In this document: positions 54,361 to 62,640 of the stretch, in pieces | Layout of the letters: every line of letters begins with the position of its first letter | Position numbering within the stretch: the stretch's first letter is position 1 | DNA from: a virus | Lineage: Duplodnaviria; Heunggongvirae; Uroviricota; Caudoviricetes | Length of the DNA: 64,000 nucleotides | Reading direction: 5' to 3' (one strand) | Virus record (IMG/VR): IMGVR_UViG_3300046779_000230 | Span: 23,562-87,561 of that record | Made by a program: the position numbers and the translations under genes | The notes under the pieces: generated by a model | Database searches by the model: none | Seen by the model: only the letters and a program-made list of their open reading frames with translations | Told to the model about the DNA's origin: nothing

Positions 54361-55938
54361 TCAAAAGTCTAAGGGGTCTGATTCTGGCTGTCCATCATCA
54401 TAGAAACCGAATGGAGTCAATTCCTCTTCAATTGCCTGAATTTGCTTCTTATACATAATTTCTCTTAGGTTTATGTTATTTAGGTCTTTAAAATAACTGT
54501 TTGTAGACAACCAGCTAAACAAGACCAAAGGCATAACCAAGTCATCATGATAACCTTCATCTGCTTCATACGAACCTTTCTTTTCGATAAATGTCGAAAT
54601 TTCAGATATCGTGTCTGCGTCATTAATAATAAGTTTATTTTCTTCTACCATAGCTTTAAAGTTATGGCATCCGATTCTCTTGATTTTCTTGTCAGTGACA
54701 ACACCAAGTTGTGTTTTACCACCACCAAATCCACCAGAAACTACCTGTCCACCATTTGTTCTGGTAACCATCAAAATATTCTCATACTCTAATTCTTGAT
54801 ACAAAATATGAGCCACTTGCTCAGAGATGTTAATCTCTAATAACACAAACGCTTCGTTGTAGTCTTTACCAACTTTGTAGATTACGTTTGGATATAGCAG
54901 TGGACTGATTTCGTTATTTCTGTACTTTGCAACAATTCTGTACGGTGTTTCTGTTATGTCAATAACTTGGAAGGCTGAGTAGTCGCCACCAACACCTTTG
55001 GCAACGTCGGCTATCATACAGTAAGTGTGTCCAGCTTGTGGTTTCACATAGACATCTAGACCATCTTTACTATACTGAATAGTATCTACTGACATTCTAG
55101 CAATAACATCGGCATTGACTAGGGTTAAACTAGAACCCAAGAATTTACACAAAACTTCTTGGTTGTACTTGAGATCACCAAGCATGGCTTTTTGTTCGTT
55201 CGCCCATGCTTCATCTCGACCTGGAATTTCCCAGTAAGGAATGAATAGTGGAACAAAACCGTTGCGACCATTTTCAGCGTCATTCCAAAACTTCCAAAAG
55301 TGGTTGTAACCAAGTGGAGTTGAACTCAATAGAATCTTGGTAGTTTGACCAGCAGAAATAGTTGGATATACTGATGTAAAGAATTCTTCAGCAACGTTGT
55401 TTGGAATAATCGCAGCTTCGTCAACGTACAGCATGTTAACAGACTTACCACGAATACCAGACTTACCAGTTGCAGCAGTGAATACCTTTGAGCCGTTTTC
55501 TAGTTCAATGTCACCTTTGTTCCAAGTAGTAACACCTTGCTGCATCCACTTTGGTAGTAACTCATACATTGTTTGGTAACGATCCAAAACTTCACGGGCA
55601 GCAGTAGCTTTGTTGGCTAGAATAGCAACAGTTTTATTTGCTTGGAATAAGGTGTACCAAAGGATGTAAGCAGCAGAAGTAGTAGTCTTACCTTGCTGTC
55701 GTCCTTCCATAAGAATAACGCGACGGTTATTGTGGATGATGTTTACTTTATTTTTCTGACAGTCGTACAGTTTGAATAACTTTAGACCATGATCCAGAGT
55801 AACGATCTGGCAGTAGTTTTCAATAAAGTAAATCGGATCCTGAGAACACTTAATGTACTCTTGGATATTCTGTGGTGTAAACTCAACTGTAACGCCAGCC
55901 GCTTTAAGGTTGGCGTTACTATTATAAATCTCAGCCAT
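54361..55938 (-). CDS. 17: Terminase large subunit gp17
   Basis: Walker A motif MEGRQQGKTT, a downstream ATPase, and a C-terminal nuclease with Asp clusters. Positioned upstream of gp18. Confidence 0.9.
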   Translation of the reverse strand: MAEIYNSNANLKAAGVTVEFTPQNIQEYIKCSQDPIYFIENYCQIVTLDHGLKLFKLYDCQKNKVNIIHNNRRVILMEGRQQGKTTTSAAYILWYTLFQANKTVAILANKATAAREVLDRYQTMYELLPKWMQQGVTTWNKGDIELENGSKVFTAATGKSGIRGKSVNMLYVDEAAIIPNNVAEEFFTSVYPTISAGQTTKILLSSTPLGYNHFWKFWNDAENGRNGFVPLFIPYWEIPGRDEAWANEQKAMLGDLKYNQEVLCKFLGSSLTLVNADVIARMSVDTIQYSKDGLDVYVKPQAGHTYCMIADVAKGVGGDYSAFQVIDITETPYRIVAKYRNNEISPLLYPNVIYKVGKDYNEAFVLLEINISEQVAHILYQELEYENILMVTRTNGGQVVSGGFGGGKTQLGVVTDKKIKRIGCHNFKAMVEENKLIINDADTISEISTFIEKKGSYEADEGYHDDLVMPLVLFSWLSTNSYFKDLNNINLREIMYKKQIQAIEEELTPFGFYDDGQPESDPLDF

Positions 55939-55941
55939 ATT

Positions 55942-56688
55942 TTAGAATGTGTCTTCCCAACTCTCGCTAGTTACTTGTGCTGTAGCTGGATCGCCAGTTG
56001 CAGTATATGTTTGATTTGGATTAGTCAAGTCAGCATTATTGCCGACATTCGCGTTGACTGTTTGAATAACTTCTTTACTGCCAATTCCACCAAATATGTT
56101 GGTTTTCATTTGGAATTGTAGAGTGTGTGTTACGAATCTACGTGTTTGAAAGTCGCCATCATACTCATCGGATACGCTTACACTATTCAATATGATAGGA
56201 ACATCCAATTTAACATTCATGTCTGGTACAGCATTGATAGTTAGCGTGTACTCTGGAGTGAATGTTGGAAGTATTTGCTCTAATATCTGTAGACCATCTT
56301 CTTGAGTCTTTGTCAAGATATACAATGAAATATCAATGTTGTATGGCACTGGAGTGTACAGAGTTGGCACTGAACCCAAACCGCCACCACACTTTATTTG
56401 TTGCATACGATTCATCTTACGAGTTGGATCATAAGAATATCCATTGATCTCGAAAGACATTCTTGGTAGAGAAACGTATGTGTTGTTGTCTAGGTTTGGA
56501 TCTGAATCTATTCTAACCAACCACTTTTCTTTTGGTGCATACGCAAGAGGAACTTGTAATCTTTGTACAGTTGTACCAGTCACAGAGTCGCCTTGCTTTC
56601 TGTCGATATAGATGTCACTGAACAGTCTACCGAATGCTACGATAGACTTTCTAATTATTCCGTGATAAAAAACATTACCGTTTAACAT
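55942..56688 (-). CDS. 15: Tail sheath stabiliser/completion protein gp15
   Basis: FSDIYIDRKQ and QILEQILPTFTPEYTLTI parallel T4 gp15 FSNIQIKRQ and QIVEQILPYFQPHFNTTM. Confidence 0.75.
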   Translation of the reverse strand: MLNGNVFYHGIIRKSIVAFGRLFSDIYIDRKQGDSVTGTTVQRLQVPLAYAPKEKWLVRIDSDPNLDNNTYVSLPRMSFEINGYSYDPTRKMNRMQQIKCGGGLGSVPTLYTPVPYNIDISLYILTKTQEDGLQILEQILPTFTPEYTLTINAVPDMNVKLDVPIILNSVSVSDEYDGDFQTRRFVTHTLQFQMKTNIFGGIGSKEVIQTVNANVGNNADLTNPNQTYTATGDPATAQVTSESWEDTF

Positions 56689-57344
56689 TAAGCAACCTCA
56701 CCGAATGGGTTTGATTCATTGAACAATACATCAGCTGCTTGAGTTTTATATGCATTGTTATCGCCGTATGACTCTTGTACATCGATATCTGGTGCTTTGT
56801 CTACATCAAATGTTTTTAGATTTTCAAAGGCATCAACTTCAGCAACGCCAGTATTGATAATCTCTGACGAGTACTGGAATAGTTCTACTTGCAATTTGTA
56901 CACGTACAACTTTCCTATTTGATAGAATGGATCTTGGTGTTTGACAAACTTGATCTCAAACAATCCCTTTGTCAGAGGAAAGAATATCAAATCACCTTCA
57001 GCTGGACGATTAGGTAGTATAGAAATGTTTTGTGACCCAACGACTTGCTCCCATCTACGGCGAGAGACTACAAGCGTTGCAGACTGTTCCATCATAAGAC
57101 CAAACTTTTGAACGAATGCGCCTTGTCCATCAAAGTTGTCGATGTTTTCAAAATACATCTCTAGTGGGACAGCGTGTTCAAATTTACTTAATCTGTCTTC
57201 GCCAAGAATTTCATCTTTTGATACCAGAGATCTTGGAATGTAAAGAACATCATTACCATACATCTTCAACGATTCGATGATGATATCCTCAATGAGATTT
57301 CTCTCATTGGTAGTGCCGTGTGAAAAGTATGGATTTGTTGCCAT
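56688..57344 (-). CDS. 14: Neck protein gp14
   Basis: Assigned by synteny, between gp13 and gp15. Length 218 aa. Confidence 0.55.
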   Translation of the reverse strand: MATNPYFSHGTTNERNLIEDIIIESLKMYGNDVLYIPRSLVSKDEILGEDRLSKFEHAVPLEMYFENIDNFDGQGAFVQKFGLMMEQSATLVVSRRRWEQVVGSQNISILPNRPAEGDLIFFPLTKGLFEIKFVKHQDPFYQIGKLYVYKLQVELFQYSSEIINTGVAEVDAFENLKTFDVDKAPDIDVQESYGDNNAYKTQAADVLFNESNPFGEVA

Positions 57345-57346
57345 TA

Positions 57347-58084
57347 TTATCCCAAGAAAAAGTCTAGTGGAGCAGACTTGTTCATTAGATCGTCTTCTAA
57401 ATCTTTGATCTCTGTAACGGCTTCGTCGTACAGCTTATCACCGTCCAAGATAACACCGCCTGGAAGTTGAATTCCAGAAAACTTCTTAATGTTTATAGCC
57501 CACTGCTTTTTAAATAGTGCAGTCACGTAATGTTTCAACCAAGACTCATTCCACATCTTAGTGTATGTAGTTGGGTCTAGAGCGCGATAACATTCTACTA
57601 CCACGTATTGCCCTTCTTGCACATCTGATTCCCAATTCACATCCAACATCAATCTGCCTTGGATTCTATTGAAGCGATAAAGCGTTGCGCCATTCAGCTC
57701 CATATCCAACAAAGACAAGTGACTCATAATAGTCTTGTAGTAGATGATAGAAGTTGAAGTCAAGTCATACAAGTCGTGTAATCTCAGTTGGTACTGAACG
57801 TCGAATAGACTCTTAGAAGAAGATGAATGTGAGAAAGGAATAACGCGAGTAACACCATAAACTAAGTCTGGCATTGGAAGATATTGATTTGCGATATCTT
57901 CTGCAGTCACTTGGTGTTTTAGATAAACCTTTTCAGAACCATCCCAGTGATATTGTCTCCAGTATTCGATAGCTTCGTCTATTCTATCTTCTAGCTGGAC
58001 ATTATCTACGTTAATTTCGACAACAGGTGCACCCAGCGCTCTAAGCGCATATTCTTTTAGTTGTTCTCTAGTGCTTACTGCCAT
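57347..58084 (-). CDS. 13: Neck protein gp13
   Basis: LRALGAPVVEINVDNVQLEDRIDEAIEYWRQYHWDG parallels T4 gp13 [36 protein letters not shown]. The C-terminal LPGGVILDG parallels LPGGVTIDG. Confidence 0.85.
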   Translation of the reverse strand: MAVSTREQLKEYALRALGAPVVEINVDNVQLEDRIDEAIEYWRQYHWDGSEKVYLKHQVTAEDIANQYLPMPDLVYGVTRVIPFSHSSSSKSLFDVQYQLRLHDLYDLTSTSIIYYKTIMSHLSLLDMELNGATLYRFNRIQGRLMLDVNWESDVQEGQYVVVECYRALDPTTYTKMWNESWLKHYVTALFKKQWAINIKKFSGIQLPGGVILDGDKLYDEAVTEIKDLEDDLMNKSAPLDFFLG

Positions 58085-58100
58085 GTTATTTTCCTGAGTG

Positions 58101-58116
58101 TTATTTATTATTTATC
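58101..58116 (-). promoter_or_regulatory. Late-promoter-like element GATAAATAATAAATAA
   Basis: The minus strand reads tgGATAAATAATAAATAAC, 25 nt upstream of the gp13 ATG. It is identical as a 15-mer to the element at 48073..48087. Confidence 0.4.
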
Positions 58117-59149
58117 CAGTAAAAATGTTCTGATAGTCGTCTAGTAAGAACAACCACTCAGGCTCATGGATAGAAAATGTTGAAATCTTTTTTGGTTTAT
58201 TTCTAGCATAGTGTTCCATACCTCGATCCGCTAGAAAGTCTCTCATCTGCCATCTGTGTGTAGAAGAGTCGCCTTTAACTTTTGTAAATGGTTCGTTGGT
58301 GCTAATAGCCCACTGCTGAAATTCAATAGAATCAAAAAACCCATGAATCATTTTAGCTTTTTCTGGACTAAGAAGAATCTTGTGTTCGTATATCGCTGTA
58401 TACCAGTCTAGGTTAAAAATGCAATACCATCTAAGGTCTGCAATAGTTTCTATTTTTCTTGGTGAAGTTTGAATAATTGGGTTTAAAAATTCAAGCAAGT
58501 CTTCATTAACATTACCGATATAAGACTCATATATCGTTTCTTTGTTACCTAGTGTATGATGAAACATAGCCTTATCACCAGTAGCAAACATATCATCAGT
58601 TGGTCCAAACAATTGATTGCCACACATACCACTAACAAAGATAGAATCATCAGTATTGTGAAAGCTAAAGTTATTTCTGGCTCCAACTCTAATATCAAAT
58701 AAGAAATCGTTCTTTATCTTAGAGTCAAAAAGATCGCCAGATTCTATGATAGAATTATATGTACCGAACACTCTTACTTGATCTTTATCTACAGCAAACT
58801 CTTTTAAAATGTAAAGAATATATGTACTGTCGATGCCACCAGACCACATAACATTAATTTTCTTACCAGTAGATAGAAGTTCTTTAGCTCGACGCTCTGC
58901 AACTTCATGAAAGCTAGTGTTATAGTTTTCTACTCGTTTTGGGATTGGATGAAGGTTTGGAGTTATATCGAGAAAGTGTTTCAGGTTTCCAGTCCTATCA
59001 TAAACAGCATTATGCTTGTTTAGACCGAACCACTCATAACTCTCGAATACATCTCTTGTATTGGCTAAGAATGGTGTTGACTCTATTGTTTCTCGACTTC
59101 CAGTTAGAAGTTCTGATATTAGTTGTGGGTTATAATATAAAATAGACAT
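58112..59149 (-). CDS. Asparagine-synthetase-like PP-loop ATP pyrophosphatase (AsnB C-terminal-domain-like, stand-alone)
   Basis: KKINVMWSGGIDSTYILYIL is the SGGxDS PP-loop motif, in a 345-aa protein with no N-terminal amidotransferase domain. Confidence 0.6.
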   Translation of the reverse strand: MSILYYNPQLISELLTGSRETIESTPFLANTRDVFESYEWFGLNKHNAVYDRTGNLKHFLDITPNLHPIPKRVENYNTSFHEVAERRAKELLSTGKKINVMWSGGIDSTYILYILKEFAVDKDQVRVFGTYNSIIESGDLFDSKIKNDFLFDIRVGARNNFSFHNTDDSIFVSGMCGNQLFGPTDDMFATGDKAMFHHTLGNKETIYESYIGNVNEDLLEFLNPIIQTSPRKIETIADLRWYCIFNLDWYTAIYEHKILLSPEKAKMIHGFFDSIEFQQWAISTNEPFTKVKGDSSTHRWQMRDFLADRGMEHYARNKPKKISTFSIHEPEWLFLLDDYQNIFTG

Positions 59150-59168
59150 AGTGCCTCTAAGGAATCAA

Positions 59169-59185
59169 GGGAGCCGAAGCTCCCC
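59169..59185 (-). terminator. Stable hairpin with a UUCG tetraloop on the minus transcript; weak U tract
   Basis: The minus strand reads GGGAGC-UUCG-GCUCCC then UUGAUUCCUU, between the DctP-like gene and the PP-loop gene. Confidence 0.4.
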
Positions 59186-59189
59186 TTTA

Positions 59190-60137
59190 TCATTGCAATT
59201 TAATTTTTTCTACTAATCCAGGTGAGAAGTAGTCTTGGAATTTATCATATACTGTAGAAGTGATTTCTCTAAACTTAGATTCTTCTTCTTCACTCATCTT
59301 GACAACTTGAATGTCATTTTGTTTACATTGTTCAAGAATATTTGGGATATCAGCAACAGACTCTTTACGCTCTTGACGCGCTGCGTTAAATGCAGCAGTA
59401 GTCATAATCTTCTGAGTCTTTTTATCAAATTGCTTAAAGAAGTCTTGATTAACAATAATAGAAGTTAAGAACAAGCTATGTGATGTTTCGTTAACTATCT
59501 TGAAAGACTTATATTGATCTAATGGGAAAACACGAACGTATGTAGACTCACCTGCAGCAATCTCGCCTTTGTCTGCATACTGGTTCATTTCTTCCAAAGT
59601 GATATCTTCGCGTGGAATAGAACCAAGAGCCTTAAATGTTTCAACGGCAACTGGAGAACGAGAAGTTCTAACCACTTTACCTTTCCATGCATCTACAGTG
59701 TTTGCAGCAAATGTAGATGGAACAATACGGTAACCACCAGAGTATGTAAATGACATAGCTTTAATGTTGGAATTCTTAGAAACCCCAGCCAATAGTTCTG
59801 TGCCAATTTCACCTTCTAGAACACGGTCAGCGTGTTCATGATCTTTGAACAAAAACGGCAGATCAAATGCATGTAGATCTTTGTTGTAGTCACCAAGCCA
59901 AGTAGTGTAGATGTGAGACATCTCAATCTTACCTGTATTGATTAAATCCATAAGATCGTATTTTGTTACTTTCTTACCATCGTTATATTTTTCAGCATAG
60001 TCAGAAAGAGACAAAACTTCGATGTCAAACGCACCGTCCGTTTTCTCGTTAACTTCTTTTGCAAATCGTTCAGCTACCTTCAAAAACAAGCCGATTGGCT
60101 CGTGGGCGATAACCCATTTGACATGTTTAGTAGTCAT
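59190..60137 (-). CDS. TRAP-transporter DctP-like solute-binding-protein homolog lacking a signal peptide
   Basis: The N-terminus VKWVIAHEPIGLFLKVAERFAKEVNEKTDGAFDIEV follows the DctP-family pattern (xRxAHxxxxxHPxxxxAxxFAexVxexTxGxxxIxV) but starts directly at Met. Length 315 aa. Confidence 0.45.
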   Translation of the reverse strand: MTTKHVKWVIAHEPIGLFLKVAERFAKEVNEKTDGAFDIEVLSLSDYAEKYNDGKKVTKYDLMDLINTGKIEMSHIYTTWLGDYNKDLHAFDLPFLFKDHEHADRVLEGEIGTELLAGVSKNSNIKAMSFTYSGGYRIVPSTFAANTVDAWKGKVVRTSRSPVAVETFKALGSIPREDITLEEMNQYADKGEIAAGESTYVRVFPLDQYKSFKIVNETSHSLFLTSIIVNQDFFKQFDKKTQKIMTTAAFNAARQERKESVADIPNILEQCKQNDIQVVKMSEEEESKFREITSTVYDKFQDYFSPGLVEKIKLQ

Positions 60138-60436
60138 TTTAGTTCCTCTAAAACTTTGGTTTCAAAAAACCATTTTTCTGTTTGTGATTTTAAATCTATT
60201 TGCCTTCTTAAGAAGGGAGTTCTATTATTTATAAGAATCCTAATAATACTCTCTTCTGGAATTTCTTCTTTATTTAGGATCTGGGATGTCGGTATAACCG
60301 TATCTCTGTAACCATATTCCTTCGCAGAAGAGTCGTAAAAAAAGTAGTCCTTGACCGTGAATCCCTCACATCCACTTAGCGGAGATCTAGGGTACTGATT
60401 TATCTCGAATAGAAATTCATTAATATATGGTGTCAT
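60134..60436 (-). CDS. Hypothetical protein (100 aa), translationally coupled between the radical SAM gene and the DctP-like gene
   Basis: Overlaps both neighbours by 4 nt. Confidence 0.45.
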   Translation of the reverse strand: MTPYINEFLFEINQYPRSPLSGCEGFTVKDYFFYDSSAKEYGYRDTVIPTSQILNKEEIPEESIIRILINNRTPFLRRQIDLKSQTEKWFFETKVLEELK

Positions 60437-61806
60437 ACTGATACGATCGGAATTACTTTTTTCTTGGTTTCGACTTTTCCATTAATCATCCAGAAAATGT
60501 CTTTTCTGTCTTGTCTTAGTGGTCCATCGATATAAACTGGAATGTGTCCTGTTAAAATTTCAATAGCTGCACAAAAAATGACAATGTTGTCGCTAAATGA
60601 GTTATCGCATGTGGCTTCCCATAATGGACCAGTTAAAAAGAAACAAGCACCTTTACAGATGTGTAACACAGGGCACTTAGAACATTCTTCTCGATCACTC
60701 CAATGCGTTCCTGTTTTTATCTCAATATTTTTAAGATCTTTAACATTACCCAAGTGGTGTGAAATTCCAGATGGATTATGCGAAACTGTAGATACATTCT
60801 GGCAAGTTAAGACATTACCCTTTAAGTCTATAGCAATATTTTCAGACTTGTCCATACCACATTTCTGAGATAAGGTTTCTTTTCTAACTCCAGTTTCCAG
60901 AGACTTAATAAAGTTACTTATTTTTGTTTGTATTGTGCTGTATCGAGTAACACTGTCTGCGCGAAGTTCGTCGAATGTAAATTTTCTATAGTTAATATGA
61001 GATTCATCATTCATTAAAGAGTTAGCAGTACCACCCTCGTCGTATGCGTCAATAAAAGTGCCTTCGCCGATTGATAGGTACTTTACATATTCTTCACCAA
61101 GTTCTTTTCTGATTAACTCTTCGAAAAATAATTGAATGTTTTTACGGCTAATATTTTTGTTAGTTATCATAGAATTGAAACTAACACGACCTAGAGGAGC
61201 TAAAGTTTTATATGCGTAGATGATACCTTCTCTACTGGATGGGTCATCTAGTGGGTCTGGACCGCGAATAAATTGACCAACCGCATCATGAGAAATACCA
61301 ACAGTAAACCTTAAGTTGTTTAACCAATCAACCTTTTCTTTGTCTAGTAGACTACCATTAGTGATAATAGAAAATTCTGAGTTTGGATACTTAGCGCGAA
61401 TTTCTTCAGCAAGAGGTTTCAAGGTCTTCCAATATACTAGAGGTTCACCACCCCAAAATTCAAAGTATCTATTCGAACCCTTACCGTCTTCTCCACCATC
61501 AAACCATGATGGTATTTGTTCTACAAATTCTTGAATATCATTTGGGTTTGTAGAATCTGCGTGTGGCACAAATCTCTGATTGCAGTAATCACACTCGAAA
61601 TTACAAGAAAGACCAAGCTGTATCTTAACAGTTTTTGGTGCCTTGCCAATTTCTAGTTTTTTCTGAGATTGTGGGAGATTGTTTATTCTAGTTTCGATGA
61701 CAGCGGTGCCATCTTCCCATGTTAGGGTGCTAAACGTAGAATTATAGATCAATTTTTTAGTTAGACCGTCTTTTGGGTTAACTGATGTTATTACAAATTG
61801 TGACAT
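60433..61806 (-). CDS. Radical SAM enzyme with a C-terminal SPASM domain and an N-terminal RRE-like extension
   Basis: LSCNFECDYCNQ is the CxxxCxxC cluster. WGGEPL is the SAM glycine motif. The SPASM cysteines are KCGMDKSENIAIDLKGNVLTC and CSKCPVLHICKGAC. About 65 aa precede the radical SAM core. Confidence 0.8.
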   Translation of the reverse strand: MSQFVITSVNPKDGLTKKLIYNSTFSTLTWEDGTAVIETRINNLPQSQKKLEIGKAPKTVKIQLGLSCNFECDYCNQRFVPHADSTNPNDIQEFVEQIPSWFDGGEDGKGSNRYFEFWGGEPLVYWKTLKPLAEEIRAKYPNSEFSIITNGSLLDKEKVDWLNNLRFTVGISHDAVGQFIRGPDPLDDPSSREGIIYAYKTLAPLGRVSFNSMITNKNISRKNIQLFFEELIRKELGEEYVKYLSIGEGTFIDAYDEGGTANSLMNDESHINYRKFTFDELRADSVTRYSTIQTKISNFIKSLETGVRKETLSQKCGMDKSENIAIDLKGNVLTCQNVSTVSHNPSGISHHLGNVKDLKNIEIKTGTHWSDREECSKCPVLHICKGACFFLTGPLWEATCDNSFSDNIVIFCAAIEILTGHIPVYIDGPLRQDRKDIFWMINGKVETKKKVIPIVSV

Positions 61807-61826
61807 TATATACCTTAAATGAAATT

Positions 61827-61843
61827 CTGGGGACTAGCCCCAG
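61827..61843 (-). terminator. Hairpin ctgggg/ccccag with a 5-nt loop, possibly a terminator or processing site
   Basis: Located in the 46-nt gap between the 259-aa gene and the radical SAM gene. Confidence 0.35.
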
Positions 61844-61852
61844 AAGTATTTA

Positions 61853-62632
61853 TCAAGAAATTGTTATGGTAAAATCAGCTATACCTGTGTATTTTCTATG
61901 ACCAGCCTTAACTCTCACTAAGTCTCCAACATCCATACCAGTAGTTAAAAGTTTAAACGAACCAGAACCATTGGTTAATGGCACTCTAAGTTTATTTGGA
62001 ATTCCATAAACTTGCTCTAAATAAACTTCCTTGACAGTAGGGCTAGAAGAAACATCAATAGTAATACTAGAGTCTACTCCGACAGAAGACTGTGTAGAAG
62101 ATAATGTCACTGGAGCTATTAGATCTCTAGTGAAACGAACTGTTTCGCTTGTGACATGTTGAGCAGATGGACCTTCTACGATATAATCTACATCATCGCT
62201 ATCTTTGATAACATATGTAAAGTCCGTGAAATCTCCCTCAGAATCTTCAACGAAAATTCCAAACGGTGTGTAGAAAAAACCAGATTCCTGAGAATACCCT
62301 TGTTTCTTAGAGACTAGTGTTTCTGCCAATAAATCTATGACCATTGGCGCGCAAACTGGATGGTGTGTATTATTCCCATCAGAATCTAATAATGGATAAC
62401 AACTTTCTACAATAGTCCACACAGACTGATCACAGAAACCTTTTGATGCCTTTAATGTTTGTAAAGACATTTCACACCAAAATATTTCTTTGTACTCTCC
62501 ATCTTTATTCACAGAGACTTTAACTTCTAGTGTTTCAGGTTGTATATTCAAAAATATCTTGGGTGGTGTTAGGTTTTCACCCGCTTCTTTATTGAAGATT
62601 GTGTTTGGCGTTTTCGATCTAATAATTCTCAT
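61853..62632 (-). CDS. Hypothetical structural protein, beta-rich
   Basis: 259-aa ORF between the fibre-like gene and the radical SAM gene. Confidence 0.45.
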   Translation of the reverse strand: MRIIRSKTPNTIFNKEAGENLTPPKIFLNIQPETLEVKVSVNKDGEYKEIFWCEMSLQTLKASKGFCDQSVWTIVESCYPLLDSDGNNTHHPVCAPMVIDLLAETLVSKKQGYSQESGFFYTPFGIFVEDSEGDFTDFTYVIKDSDDVDYIVEGPSAQHVTSETVRFTRDLIAPVTLSSTQSSVGVDSSITIDVSSSPTVKEVYLEQVYGIPNKLRVPLTNGSGSFKLLTTGMDVGDLVRVKAGHRKYTGIADFTITIS

Positions 62633-62640
62633 AGATTACC

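Noticed and set aside
2867-55313. Short minus-strand ORFs nested out of frame inside larger genes, for example 2867..3091, 10191..10400, 11111..11458, 11986..12276, 25389..25583, 36855..37232, 38580..38978, 45756..46007 and 53217..53498
   Set aside because: They are alternative-frame overlaps of confidently assigned genes (DNA polymerase, gp23, gp18, gp46 and others). Their low-complexity translations are typical of off-frame reads.
55942-56688. Small terminase gp16 as the ORF directly upstream of the large terminase
   Set aside because: The protein matches gp15 (FSDIYIDRKQ, QILEQILPTF) and at 248 aa is far longer than gp16. No small-terminase-like ORF exists in this interval.
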